A stretch of 64,000 nt of DNA from NCBI GenBank assembly GCA_040437565.1, contig JBDOQK010000016.1, positions 372,001-436,000 on the forward strand. Reading direction: 5' to 3'. A model generated the notes under the pieces. The model saw only the letters and a program-made list of their open reading frames with translations. It searched no databases and was not told the origin of the DNA. Shown one piece after another: positions 46,839 to 58,461 of the stretch (position 1 is the first letter of the stretch; each line of letters opens with the position of its first letter). The DNA comes from Albugo candida. Lineage: Eukaryota. A program made the position numbers and the translations under genes.

Positions 46839-49800
46839 CGCGGCAAACGCGAAATGACTCACCGCAAACGAAGGCGTCAACGCAAAAATGACAGCTTGGA
46901 CCATATAGTAAAAAATGAACGAGCCAGCAATGCATCGGGATTGAGAATACAGTGGAAAGATTTCAACGGCCGTCAACCATGCCACAGACGTTAAGCTCAA
47001 TGAGGAGCTCGCAAATAGGAGTAGTAATATGACGGTCAGCAGGACGGATTCTTCATGCTTCAAAACAACTAATGCGCCACATATTAGGGATAAAAGCGAT
47101 GTGAAAGGTAAAATATCCTTCAAAATTGTTTTTCGTCGGACATTGTCCACTGACATGAGACTGAGTAAGACGCCTGCAAAGTTCATCGCTCCAAAGTATA
47201 ACATCCACATGGAACCCTTTTTGCCAGGACTATCTCTGAAAGTTTTGATCTTTTCTCGTTTCAGCAGTGCGTTGGAGGTCAAAAGTGCATACATGGCTTG
47301 TAATAATAGCACCAGTGCGATCCGGAAGAGCGAGTTTCGTGGTGTAGGAACGCCCGCTTTACGTGATATATCAGAAGTATCTGTTGATCCAAAAGCTTCC
47401 GCCAATTCTTGTAATTCCTCATTCACGTCATGTCGCTGCCGCAAACGTACCAATGTGGCTTCAGCTATCTTACTATCTCGATGGCGATACAGCCAAACTG
47501 GGGACTCGGGAATTAATATGATCACTACAATGAGCAGCAGGAGCAGCGGAAGCGCATACAAGAACTGATACTGCCAAGATCGAAGTGGTTTGTTTGCCCA
47601 ATTACGGCCCAACGACGTGGAGTTGATTCCGTGCAGTATTCCAGATTCAATCATGTACCCTAAAGCGGATCCCATCATGAAAAGCACAATACCTTTCCCT
47701 TTCCAGCCTTGCAAAGACATCTCAAAATTAAGCAGAATTGCGTTGATGGAAAGCATAGCTATTCCCGCCGCTACGATGCATACGCCTATTATAATCATCA
47801 TTTCAGATTCCACAAAGACGAGCACGGAACCACCACAAGTGAGAAGGATGGACGCAATTGTTCCCATCCGACGACCAAGCACATGTCCAACTAAGACCCC
47901 GACACCAACGCCCACACCACCAGCTAGAGCCGCATATACACTCAGCCTTTTGAAATCGAAATGACCGTTCAGCCTTTCGTTCACAAAGTACAAAAACGAT
48001 TCATTCACGAATCGATATTCTGATCCGTTCACATATCCAAGAGAATACACCAACGCTGTGTACCAGCCATGCGGGATCCCTGCAAAGAGTCCAATCACCA
48101 GACTGATAGAAGCCGCGACTTCACTCCCAGTGCTCAGAGCTCGCGAAAATCCTCCATTGTACATCATACGCGTTTGTATTGTTCGGACAAAAGGAACGGC
48201 TGAGAGGACAAGCAGAGGAACGACCAGAAACACGCCAACAACCATATCGTAAAAGAAACCGAGCGAAGAAACCAGCCCAAATCGACCCGTCCGAATACCA
48301 AACACCCCGTGCAAAATTAAGCAGTATTGAAGCACACCATACATTCCAATGAGAAGCCCGAGTGAAAATGACATGGATTGGTGCCATGACCAGTTTTGAG
48401 ATAAACCGATGGCAAATGGAGCAGCCACTGTACCACCTATGACGATCAGCATGTACATCACCCCGCGTACGACAACCAGTTTATTTCGACACATTAGCCG
48501 TCCAATAAGAATACCACCAAGCCAGAGAATAAATGGATATACCAATACCGCCGCAAACAACAGGAGAAGCTTCTCGACTTTGAATTCAAATACGAACACA
48601 TAGTACGCACAAAATGGATGTCGAAGTTCTCTCAAAGCGTATACGAGACGAGAGCACCAGCCCATATCTTGAGATAAATCCACCTCATAATGCCAGAAAT
48701 CCAGCCAAGCTTCCCGACAAGGCTTTAATGGTCCCCCTTCCGCATTCGACAGCATCATACGCGAGGCGGAATCTTCCTCTTCGTCATCTTCTGGGTACGA
48801 CATCATCCATTGCATCCAATTTGATATATCAACAGTCGATTTGGAAATATCGAATCCATCCGTATTGAAGAGGAACGGAGCAAGCAACCAACAAATTCCC
48901 AAAAGCCACACAGCAAAAGAAGCAATCCCATAGTCCTGGCCTTTACTTCCGTAAGAATGCAACAACGTCACATTTTCCGGAATTCTAGGATTGTCGACAT
49001 CACACTCGGATCGACTAATCCGCATGTTTAAACAATATGCCTGCAATGCATCTTTTCCGATAGCAAAGCTGCCGTAAATTCCAAAGAGAATCATCAATCC
49101 CATCAATTCGACCGCTTTACGATAATGAGAAGCCGCGTATTCCTTGAAGAATGCTACCAAAGTTTCTCGTACGATTGCAAATCCACGACCAGTTCCACGA
49201 TACTTGGAGCCCCCACGCATGATTGCAACATCGAAGTAATGAGCTTTTGTTCCGGTTTCAAAGATATAAAACACTGGTCCAAGTGTGAGAATCAATTCAA
49301 GAAATTGAAGCATCGCTTGACGCCAACCGAATTCTACAAACAACGTGGCTACTAATGGAATGGTCATCAGCATTCCAAATTGAAAAATGAATTGTGTGTT
49401 GAGCACAGCAGCGAGATCGTCCAAGCTCTTCGTTTTGGTGATGACACCTTCCTGGATATCGGAGAATAAGGACACATACAATTTCGAATATGCGTAGCAA
49501 AACACACACAATACAGTCAACGCATTGCAAATGTAAAAGCCCATGTGTCCATAAAACATCGAATTCAAACGAAAGAAATCCAGTCCACGTCCCATACGAT
49601 ACGCTTCTCGACTCAGTGAAGATTCAGCACTTCCATTCGACAATTTGGCTTCAAAAGCATTTATTTGACTCAAAGTCACGTCTCGTCCTTTACCACACTG
49701 CATGAACTCAACATGAGTCACATTACCACCACGTAAAGCCGTATTGTATCCACTAAAGACGTCTTCCGACAGATTGATACCCAAACTCGCTTTGGATACA

Positions 49801-52800
49801 CCACCATTCGACATGATAAACGCCTTATCAAAAACATCCGGATGGCCATAATGCATTCGACTTTTCAGCGGGCTGGCTAAGACTCTCTGCGTGAGACTTA
49901 CAAAGACAAGCTCTTGGAGTGTCATAAATTGCGCCAAACTGGAAGCTCGACCGGTAAAAATATGCTCTTTCATCCCTAGAATCGTGGTCTCTTCTTTATC
50001 GGCAGTAGCCAGAAAATTGGGGATTTTCAATGCTTCTTCGAAATAGTGTTCTTGATTCATATCGATCGTTTGGACGTACTCGCCACGTGTGAAGGCCAGA
50101 GCAATATTTTGGTTTTCCGGCTTCCCTTCTCCAATAATTGGATTACCAGGCAAAGCGTACCGATACACTTCGACAATTTCGTCTCCATCCGATTTGACCA
50201 AGACACAATCGTACCGCAAAGCGCCATTTTCCGACGCGATCGTGTCGACATAACTCACACGCCAGTTGGGGTACTTTCGCATCAACAGATCGATATCGTG
50301 GGCGCGTGGATCACCGCTTGCGAGTTGTTTAGAGTACAGCTGACAACTGGTGACATATGTGAACTTAAGCCCAGCAATGCACTCCATTTGTTTGATCTTA
50401 TCGACATGAGAAAGTGCCATATCGGAGCCAATTTCAAGCCAGCGAAGCATCTTCAACGCATCTTCGTACATCATGATTCCATGAACAGTACGAGCCAATG
50501 TCTGCCCTCGCATAGATGCCCACAAGCGTAATTGCGTCGGCGTTTCGGACAATGCTTCTTCGATAGAATGTGCGCCCACACGCTCCAAAAAATTTCCCCA
50601 TTCATCGCTATGAAATGTGATCAAATACTTGAGAATACTCAGATTCCGATCTTTGTGCTCGACTTTCCGAAACAAAGGATTCGCAATCACACGTCCATTC
50701 AACTCCTCGATCGAGTACAAGACAGGCTCATTGTAATACGGCGTCACGACGGAGAACGAGTACATGGATGCGATCGAAGGGACCGATGGGATGTCCATAC
50801 AAAGCGAATTGAGAAAAAAGCTCATCCGACGTTGTGCCTCCAAACAACGCGGCAACGCATCTGCAGCATCCAGCGTCAGAAGGAAAAAGAGTCGAGTCGA
50901 CCACGAAATCACATCTTCACTCGATAACGACGCTGATGGTGGCTTGGAATTAAGCGTATGATCCATTGCTTGAGCGTCTCCATCTATCAGCATACAAATC
51001 AATTGTTCTTTTTGATACGATACATCTGGTGTCACCATCGCAAAAACTGACCGACGCAATGTATCAATCACATTTTGCTGTACGAACAATTCTTCCATGC
51101 TCTTCAACAAATCATCGACACTCGATATCATCATCAAAACGTCTTCATTTGGAAGCGTATACATGGTTCCGGGAGTAGCATTTTGCTCACCATCACGTGT
51201 GCTCAATCCAAGACCATTCGAGCAGCTGACCAGAGTCGGTTCCGGGAGATCAAGAAAGTTGGACAGCAGTTTGACCATACATTCGGCTACGCGAGGCAAA
51301 GCTGTCAAGTTGATGACGCCTTCGACTCTTCCATGCGCAAGTATTTCCTGAAACATGAGTGAAATGCGTTCATCACGTTCACCGAGACAAGACCGAAGCA
51401 CTTGCAATGAGATTCCGATACAATTACGCGCACAATCCCACAAATCTTTCTCTTTAAGATACTTTCGAAGCTTTCCATCATCCCATCCTTTATGTCCAGC
51501 CTCAACTGCCACACTTAGCGCCTGTTGAGCCTTCCCAGCGAGCAGAAACACAGGATCTTCAATGACTCCATTATCGCAAATTTGGTACTGCAGAATCGCA
51601 GTCTCGCGATCATCCAACAAATCTGAAAGACGAAAGCTACTCACAATCTCATTCCAGACGACACCAAAGCGCAAACGGACGTCTGTGGGAGGAATTCCTG
51701 TGGCATTATTACTTCCAAAATCTGTCACATCTTGTTTTTTCGCGGCATTGGACACGATTTTCGCATCGAATAGAGTTGGAGCGTTTCGCAATCGTTCGAG
51801 AAATTCTATTCGACGAGAGCTGTGGCCGATCTTTAGACGAATGCCAATGAATGCGCCTACTAATGACTGCAGAATCGCGAGCCAAATTTGGGAATCGTAC
51901 ACATAAACTAGGATTGTAGGCACCCACATTGCAATGATAAATAAGAGATTATGATTGGATTGAATGAGTCCTGAATTTGTGGATGATACGTTAATTTGAT
52001 ATATCTCCACACTCGGTCCAATTAGCGGTTTGATCATGAGCTGAAGATTGAATGCGAATTTGGCGATGAATAAAACGGTCCAAAAGATACCGTATTTCAT
52101 AAAGGAGGATGAGGGCTGCTTCATTTGCGATACGCGTCCAATATACTGCTGGTGGGTACCATCCAAAGCCATAAAAAGCTGATTTTTATCGAATAATGAT
52201 CGATTTCCACCCAGCATGCGATACGCACCAAGCACCACCACAGGCAATAAGTATATCGCAATGAAAATGACTGACATGTCCAAATATGTACTGGAACCAA
52301 GCATTTTCTCATACGGAGCGGCATTGATGGCACCAAATAATCCGAAAAAGATTGTATGCCACACTAATCGACCGAACAGAGCGACAACGTAAGTGGAGTG
52401 AGCGAAAATTGCAATTCCACCCATCCAGACTTCCAGAACGACTTTGAGCGCCAACAGACCTGATACACTGATTAATATAGAGGAAAACGCATGCTTTCGT
52501 ATCTCGCCGTACTCGCTTTCGAAAAAATTTGCATAGAAATGCAATCCATCGTATAAATCGGGGTCTGTACGATACGCGATGAATGCTACCACTATTAAGG
52601 TGTGCAGCATCACAAACAGGAAGAAATATATCCTGAAAAATGCTAAAAAAGGATTCCAAAAACTTCGACGTTCTTTGTACGTTTTCAGCTCTTGCGAAGT
52701 CATCATTTCAGCGACTTGATCCAGCCGCAGTTGTAAACAGCCGGTCGACCAAAAGAACTCATTCACGTCGTCATAATTGCTAATATTCTTGTAATCACAT

Positions 52801-53399
52801 GTCTTTTTTGAGTTGACGTTGGAATTTTCACGCATCCGGGCAACAATATCATAGATTGGCTTCACAGTAAGTTGAAGAAAAGAGCCTGGAGCAACATCAT
52901 CCACTGCATTCAATTGCAATAATTGTGGCGCTAATTGATGGTAGATGTAGCACAAACATTCGGGCATGAACCTCAAATTAGCAGCTTCACCCCAAATTAG
53001 GAGATATAGCACAATCTGTGATTCCGCAAGTTCGACCGAGCGAAAAGCGTCCACTAAGTGCGGCTCGGTACTTAGAAACTCGCACCAACGTCGGTAGTTG
53101 TGGAAGAATTTGGAGTGCATCCGACTGATTGGAGAACTTTCACCTTGGTTACGTTCACCTAAATTACGTACCCAACACTGATAATGTTCTTTTTGATTAC
53201 GCACACTTCCATCCTGAAATCCGAATTTCCTCTGTAATATCTCAAAAATATCAGATTGTATGAATGTTTGGCACGATTTCTTTACTTGACTGCCGGGCTC
53301 TAACGGAACCTCCAGATTTTGGTAATTGGATACAGCTCTACGACGTTGATCCGGATAGTGGTACGGTTGTGCGGAGACATACTCGGATGTCTTTTGCAT
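46542..53399 (-). CDS. 1,3-beta-glucan (callose) synthase GT48 fused to a C-terminal MFS sugar-transporter-like domain, 2285 aa, single ORF
   Basis: LYLLIWGEAANLRFMPECL; LWASMRGQTLARTV; GEGKPENQN; IDMNQ; MHYGHPD; SEDVF; GKGRD. Then MFS motifs LGRR, PESP.WL, DNVRRK, EIFP. Confidence 0.95.
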   Translation of the reverse strand: MQKTSEYVSAQPYHYPDQRRRAVSNYQNLEVPLEPGSQVKKSCQTFIQSDIFEILQRKFGFQDGSVRNQKEHYQCWVRNLGERNQGESSPISRMHSKFFHNYRRWCEFLSTEPHLVDAFRSVELAESQIVLYLLIWGEAANLRFMPECLCYIYHQLAPQLLQLNAVDDVAPGSFLQLTVKPIYDIVARMRENSNVNSKKTCDYKNISNYDDVNEFFWSTGCLQLRLDQVAEMMTSQELKTYKERRSFWNPFLAFFRIYFFLFVMLHTLIVVAFIAYRTDPDLYDGLHFYANFFESEYGEIRKHAFSSILISVSGLLALKVVLEVWMGGIAIFAHSTYVVALFGRLVWHTIFFGLFGAINAAPYEKMLGSSTYLDMSVIFIAIYLLPVVVLGAYRMLGGNRSLFDKNQLFMALDGTHQQYIGRVSQMKQPSSSFMKYGIFWTVLFIAKFAFNLQLMIKPLIGPSVEIYQINVSSTNSGLIQSNHNLLFIIAMWVPTILVYVYDSQIWLAILQSLVGAFIGIRLKIGHSSRRIEFLERLRNAPTLFDAKIVSNAAKKQDVTDFGSNNATGIPPTDVRLRFGVVWNEIVSSFRLSDLLDDRETAILQYQICDNGVIEDPVFLLAGKAQQALSVAVEAGHKGWDDGKLRKYLKEKDLWDCARNCIGISLQVLRSCLGERDERISLMFQEILAHGRVEGVINLTALPRVAECMVKLLSNFLDLPEPTLVSCSNGLGLSTRDGEQNATPGTMYTLPNEDVLMMISSVDDLLKSMEELFVQQNVIDTLRRSVFAMVTPDVSYQKEQLICMLIDGDAQAMDHTLNSKPPSASLSSEDVISWSTRLFFLLTLDAADALPRCLEAQRRMSFFLNSLCMDIPSVPSIASMYSFSVVTPYYNEPVLYSIEELNGRVIANPLFRKVEHKDRNLSILKYLITFHSDEWGNFLERVGAHSIEEALSETPTQLRLWASMRGQTLARTVHGIMMYEDALKMLRWLEIGSDMALSHVDKIKQMECIAGLKFTYVTSCQLYSKQLASGDPRAHDIDLLMRKYPNWRVSYVDTIASENGALRYDCVLVKSDGDEIVEVYRYALPGNPIIGEGKPENQNIALAFTRGEYVQTIDMNQEHYFEEALKIPNFLATADKEETTILGMKEHIFTGRASSLAQFMTLQELVFVSLTQRVLASPLKSRMHYGHPDVFDKAFIMSNGGVSKASLGINLSEDVFSGYNTALRGGNVTHVEFMQCGKGRDVTLSQINAFEAKLSNGSAESSLSREAYRMGRGLDFFRLNSMFYGHMGFYICNALTVLCVFCYAYSKLYVSLFSDIQEGVITKTKSLDDLAAVLNTQFIFQFGMLMTIPLVATLFVEFGWRQAMLQFLELILTLGPVFYIFETGTKAHYFDVAIMRGGSKYRGTGRGFAIVRETLVAFFKEYAASHYRKAVELMGLMILFGIYGSFAIGKDALQAYCLNMRISRSECDVDNPRIPENVTLLHSYGSKGQDYGIASFAVWLLGICWLLAPFLFNTDGFDISKSTVDISNWMQWMMSYPEDDEEEDSASRMMLSNAEGGPLKPCREAWLDFWHYEVDLSQDMGWCSRLVYALRELRHPFCAYYVFVFEFKVEKLLLLFAAVLVYPFILWLGGILIGRLMCRNKLVVVRGVMYMLIVIGGTVAAPFAIGLSQNWSWHQSMSFSLGLLIGMYGVLQYCLILHGVFGIRTGRFGLVSSLGFFYDMVVGVFLVVPLLVLSAVPFVRTIQTRMMYNGGFSRALSTGSEVAASISLVIGLFAGIPHGWYTALVYSLGYVNGSEYRFVNESFLYFVNERLNGHFDFKRLSVYAALAGGVGVGVGVLVGHVLGRRMGTIASILLTCGGSVLVFVESEMMIIIGVCIVAAGIAMLSINAILLNFEMSLQGWKGKGIVLFMMGSALGYMIESGILHGINSTSLGRNWANKPLRSWQYQFLYALPLLLLLIVVIILIPESPVWLYRHRDSKIAEATLVRLRQRHDVNEELQELAEAFGSTDTSDISRKAGVPTPRNSLFRIALVLLLQAMYALLTSNALLKREKIKTFRDSPGKKGSMWMLYFGAMNFAGVLLSLMSVDNVRRKTILKDILPFTSLLSLICGALVVLKHEESVLLTVILLLLFASSSLSLTSVAWLTAVEIFPLYSQSRCIAGSFIFYYMVQAVIFALTPSFAVSHFAFAALCCIASGILFSFCASSKTGAIELKSEKAARKQLAAKSSDQGEFDGRIHSSCSRASRTQSILRSRRQLSSRYTPAGNAPYEAIESPIDRKRADHLRHVA

Positions 53400-53797
53400 T
53401 TTTTAAAAAAGTGGTTTGAGCTCACAGCTCCTCCGTACTCAGTCGTGGCTTCTGCAAAGGAAAATACAGTTACAACAAGCACCAGAAAGAAATATTCGAT
53501 GATACGCTTGCGCTATGTAATTGTTATAGTAAGTAGGTTCCGGATTGATGGCGATTTATAGGAAAAGCCCAATTCAATTCGGTAAAAAAAGTGGAAAGTG
53601 CAAAGTAGGGTAGGGGGTACATGGTAGTCATGAAAAGGTATAAATCTGATTCATTCCTAGCGACTGAAAGGTATAGAGTGCATAATGAGAATGTTGTTAA
53701 CGTTAATAACATAACAAGACGTACTGGCTGGACTTAATCCGACCGAACTTCTTCCTATGTACCAAAGTATGCAGAGTGCGAGGTGCCCATGTATCAC

Positions 53798-54621
53798 TCA
53801 CTTCACGTTTGCGTGATTTTTCCAAAATTCAACTGATTTAATGTACTGGTTCCGATTTAAGGGAACACCGGAGCCGCCTTCCTCTTTTCCTAGAGCATTC
53901 CGCATCATTGTGATTGGTGTCATGGGTAATTCGTAATCCACATTCTGAGCTTTGATAGAGATAATTCCCCACGGAGCTTCATTTTGCGTCTGATCCATTG
54001 CTGTGCCAGTCGCCTTGTTCTCGTTTTGTATCTGATCTCGATTGTACAAAATTATGTCAAGATACTTTGCCATGGATGGAGTCACACTATGTGATGGAAA
54101 CCAGCGCACTAGTCTGTGCAAAAGATAAGAACAAGCAGGTAATGAATAGTTACCACGCACGTACACTGGCAATTCGTGTGCTGCTCGTGCTTCATAATCG
54201 GACATCAGTAAATGAGCATTGGCTTGTGTGATTTTGACCGTATTTGTGCGCGTGTCCGTAAAATTTTCCACAAAAAGATGCTTGCAAAATGGCGCATACC
54301 TAGCTTCGAATGAGAACGCTTTTTGCCGGCAAATGATACGACAGTGTGTACCCATCAATGAGTTTCTTGTTATGCTGCACATAAATTTCATTAATGCGCT
54401 TTTCAAATTCCTTTTTGTCGAAATTAATCCGTGTGCCGTTGTACTTGGGATCATCAAACTGTCGAAAGCAAAACGGGTCTGAACAACATTCTGTTAGCCT
54501 TACATGTGTAATTATTGCATGAACTAGTACCTAGCACAAGGTCGTGTTTAACCTCGGTCTCCTCCAATTTTTCAGTCGAGATTGCAGCATCATCAACTTT
54601 GCCTGTCATATTCGCAATCAT
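53798..54621 (-). CDS. DUF3228 family protein, spliced
   Basis: YAPFCKHLFVENF; YEAR..ELPV/LVRWF; YLDIILY; PMTPITMMRNALGKEEGGSGVPL. Start codon uncertain. Confidence 0.8.
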
Positions 54622-54939
54622 ATTCCGTAATCCTCTGACGATTATGAGTTGATTATTTCGTCCAAAATTGGATGATTGATCGCCAACAGTTGAAGAAATG
54701 ACTCTTGTGGAAGGTAGCGTCGACTCTAAGACACAACGCAGCATTCCTTTTTTCAAAAATCGCTGGAAATAAAAACCGAAATGTCATGTGACAATTGTGA
54801 GGGAACTCAATTTTTTTCCCGAGGTCACACACAGTACCTTATAGAACCAAGATCAAATGACAGTGAAAGCCAATCAACGCAAACCCTCTATTACTGGACC
54901 TCTACCTACATTGAAGGATCTAGTATTTCGCACGCTTCC

Positions 54940-56267
54940 TTATTTTGGGTACGATGACAAAGAACCGAGTGCTACTTGTTTTCTGATACAATCCAATTGC
55001 TTGAGTTGGGCATCCATACTATTTTGCAGCTTAACCTGTTTAGGAATTGTTGGTGAGATGGATTGCATCCTAGAGAAAAAAGAAATCAACCTGTTGTTCC
55101 ATGAGATGCTCTAGCCTTTGCATTATGTCCAATTGATTTGACATACACCCATCTTCCGTCGAAAAGCTTTTTGAGCAGTTGTCCATGTCCTTTCGCGGCT
55201 GAGAGAAGCTTGATTGACTGTCGACTGAACTTTGGCGTTTCTCGAGCATCAGCTCGATAAAGCCTGTACCGATGATGGCACCTGGTAGTGCAAATAAGAT
55301 CATTCCCCAAAGGGACAGCATGCTTGCAAATGTGCGCCCTGAACTCGTGATTGGCACGATATCACCGTAGCCCAAAGACGTGATGGTTTCGATAGACCAC
55401 CATGCGCATCGACCAACACTCGTGAATACGGTTGGTTGCGCTTCGTTTTCGAGAAAGAAAATCACGGTTGATGATAATAACACGACTACAGTCGTAAGAT
55501 ACGTTATTATGAAGAGTTCTTCACTTTTTCGACTGAAAATGATCCTGAGATTCTGCATTGCGTTATAGTAACGCTCAAGTCGCAAGAAAGAGAGTACACG
55601 GAGTAGTCGCAGCCCACGGAGCGAGGTTATGCCACGATACGTTGGATGCATTTCAATCTGCCTGCAGGTGTCATCTCAGCACATCGCGCATGAGTAGAGA
55701 AAAATCGTACATGTGATTGAACCCAATTTCCATGTAGAAAGGTAGCAGGGACGCAAGGTCGATGAGGGACATGGGTTTGATCATCCACTTGATTCTGTGT
55801 CACAAAACGATTACGCAAATCGCAATGGTACGAGCAACATTGAAAGACCTTCCAAAAAGCGTGTTGTGATATCGTTTGTCTTCAACACACGACCATACTC
55901 GTAGAAAATAGTCCAGTGTGAAGATGGTTGTGGACACGAGCAGGAACATTCGATACCCATTTGATAAGATTGCTGCAGTAGAATCTATAAGTACAGTGTC
56001 CATGAAGCGCAACTGTAACAAACATGAATTTTCCGATCTTTTAGTAACTGAAGTGTCAGCGATTGCCAGGACGACATTCACAAATATCAATGATAAGATG
56101 CTAAGTTCCATTACGTAAGAAAACTGCTGTAGGCGTGTGGCAGGAGACTTGTTTACGGGTCGATATCTCAACACAGTGTAGATGTCATGTCGAAGAGAAC
56201 AATATGACAAAGAAGAGCTTCTGCTGAAAAGCAATCGAGACTTTTCGGTACCACAGAAGTCTCCCAT
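54940..56267 (-). CDS. Voltage-gated-type potassium channel (6TM, GYGD pore), spliced
   Basis: S4 LRGLRLLRVLSFLRLER; pore WWSIETITSLGYGDIVP; S6 LFALPGAIIGTGF. Confidence 0.9.
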
Positions 56268-56470
56268 TAGCTCCAGATCTGTCACCTAAAAATACCACCG
56301 ACTCGTCCTAACGCATAAATCGATGACGGCAAATGAAAATATAAATGGGTTTTCACGTTACATCTTAGTGGTGACTCGACTCGACACATGCACTACAATT
56401 ACATGAAGTCTATGGTCGGACAAATAAATGTTTTTTTCGGATATTGTACACTTTTTGCATATTCAGCCAA

Positions 56471-58234
56471 TCATTCCTTCAGAACTTGCAATTGTTGCAA
56501 TAATTGTACCAACTCGTCCGCGGGCGGTCGTCGATCCGGATTCGCATCGAGACAACGCATTGCCAATAATCGAACTTTCTGTGGGCACGCGCGGCTGAAA
56601 GTGGGACGTAGTCCAAGTTGTGCAACCGCACGAGCAATTTTGACAGGCGTCACTCTTCTACCCGCTCCGTCTTTATGGTCGGAATAAGGAAGATGGTGTG
56701 TATCGAGTTCGGACATGACGACCCCGAACGAGTAGATATCCGCTTTTTCCGTATACTTTCTGCCTAACAAAACTTCTGGTGCTATCCAATACACTGTACC
56801 GACTCCCGCGGTCATTGTTTCTTCCAGCTCGCGTTCTCGACTAATCCCAAAATCACTCAACTTGGCACGGAATTGATGATCCAGTAAAACATTTTTCGAT
56901 TTGAGATCGCGGTGGATAACTTTGGGCTGTAAGGAATGCAAATACGACAANNNNNNNNNNNNNNNNNNNNNNNNNNNNNNNNNNNNNNNNNNNNNNNNNN
57001 NNNNNNNNNNNNNNNNNNNNNNNNNNNNNNNNNNNNNNNNNNNNNNNNNNCGTCGATCCGGATTCGCATCGAGACAACGCATTGCCAATAATCGAACTTT
57101 CTGTGGGCACGCGCGGCTGAAAGTGGGACGTAGTCCAAGTTGTGCAACCGCACGAGCAATTTTGACAGGCGTCACTCTTCTACCCGCTCCGTCTTTATGG
57201 TCGGAATAAGGAAGATGGTGTGTATCGAGTTCGGACATGACGACCCCGAACGAGTAGATATCCGCTTTTTCCGTATACTTTCTGCCTAACAAAACTTCTG
57301 GTGCTATCCAATACACTGTACCGACTCCCGCGGTCATTGTTTCTTCCAGCTCGCGTTCTCGACTAATCCCAAAATCACTCAACTTGGCACGGAATTGATG
57401 ATCCAGTAAAACATTTTTCGATTTGAGATCGCGGTGGATAACTTTGGGCTGTAAGGAATGCAAATACGACAAGGCTTCTGCGATATCTTCTGCTAGATAC
57501 AGTTTCTGGTCGTACCAGCGCAGTTGACCTTGCTTCTTTTTCAGATGATCGAAAAGATCCCCACGCGGCATGTACTCGGTCACCGCACATAGATCTTGAA
57601 CATTAATCCAGGATAACCCGACAAACTCCACGATTTTGGGATGAGAAAACGAAGCCATCAGTTTGATTTCCGCTGCGAAACATTCGATTTCCTTCTCGTC
57701 ATTTTTCCTCTCTGCGAGCATTCGTTTGACCGCTACTTGACGATCTTCTAGCTGCGCCAACCATACTTCCCCAAATGCTCCCTTTGATACAACACGAGTA
57801 AAATATAATGAGGAATACGGAATGTACCGTTGTTGAATTGTACTATCTTGCTGAAAATCCCCAAGCACGCGTGTAGCGAAATCGGCCGTTTGCACTGTGT
57901 CTTGATCGTGTGAGTTTGAGGACGCAATAAATGATAAATCAATCGGCTTAGAAAGATCAGCTGGGATTGAGACTTTAGAATCCGAATTTTGTGATGATTT
58001 ATCCAGTTCTGTTCCGAGACGTAGTTGTCGATATGGGGTGTTACTGACGGACGGAGCAATGAGATGGTGGTAATTAACGGCTTCCCGTGGTGATCGATGA
58101 CGTAATCTTTTGTCACGACGACACCACCAGAAACAACCCATAATGAGTACAAGTATAAGAAACACAGCCAGACCCACGACCAAATAAACGATTGTAGATC
58201 CCGAGGAAGCACGCTCACTTAAACTTCGATCCAT
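56471..58234 (-). CDS. Single-TM TKL protein kinase (~413 aa after removing the 522 bp artefact)
   Basis: N-terminal TM; KGAFGEV, VAVK, HRDLKSKN, DFG, GTVYWIAPE, ADIYSFG. Confidence 0.93.
   Translation of the reverse strand: MDRSLSERASSGSTIVYLVVGLAVFLILVLIMGCFWWCRRDKRLRHRSPREAVNYHHLIAPSVSNTPYRQLRLGTELDKSSQNSDSKVSIPADLSKPIDLSFIASSNSHDQDTVQTADFATRVLGDFQQDSTIQQRYIPYSSLYFTRVVSKGAFGEVWLAQLEDRQVAVKRMLAERKNDEKEIECFAAEIKLMASFSHPKIVEFVGLSWINVQDLCAVTEYMPRGDLFDHLKKKQGQLRWYDQKLYLAEDIAEALSYLHSLQPKVIHRDLKSKNVLLDHQFRAKLSDFGISRERELEETMTAGVGTVYWIAPEVLLGRKYTEKADIYSFGVVMSELDTHHLPYSDHKDGAGRRVTPVKIARAVAQLGLRPTFSRACPQKVRLLAMRCLDANPDRXXXXXXXXXXXXXXXXXXXXXXXXXXXXXXXXXXLSYLHSLQPKVIHRDLKSKNVLLDHQFRAKLSDFGISRERELEETMTAGVGTVYWIAPEVLLGRKYTEKADIYSFGVVMSELDTHHLPYSDHKDGAGRRVTPVKIARAVAQLGLRPTFSRACPQKVRLLAMRCLDANPDRRPPADELVQLLQQLQVLKE
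56529..57472. repeat. Assembly-overlap duplication (56529-56950 = 57051-57472)
   Basis: Identical flanks around the N-gap. Confidence 0.95.
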
Positions 58235-58461
58235 TCTTGGGTTTCTGTACTATACGGTTTGGGACTGGTCGAAGTTGGCTTCTTAATGAAATGTATCAAA
58301 CCCGAAAGGTTTTGGTTTCAGAAAAATATAGTTCTCTTTATCATTACTCACTATACCTTTTCTCATAAATTTTATACACTCCACCAGCCATTGTGGATAG
58401 GACCAGACGTAAAAATACTATGTATAAGCGAGCTACACTCTTAATAACGCTTCCAAAACAG

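Noticed and set aside
47029-51906. Numerous plus-strand ORFs antisense to glucan synthase (and similar ones opposite other genes)
   Set aside because: Shadow ORFs of real coding sequence.
56471-58234. Apparent kinase with a duplicated C-lobe (587 aa)
   Set aside because: The copies are identical and abut a 100-N gap; scaffolding artefact.
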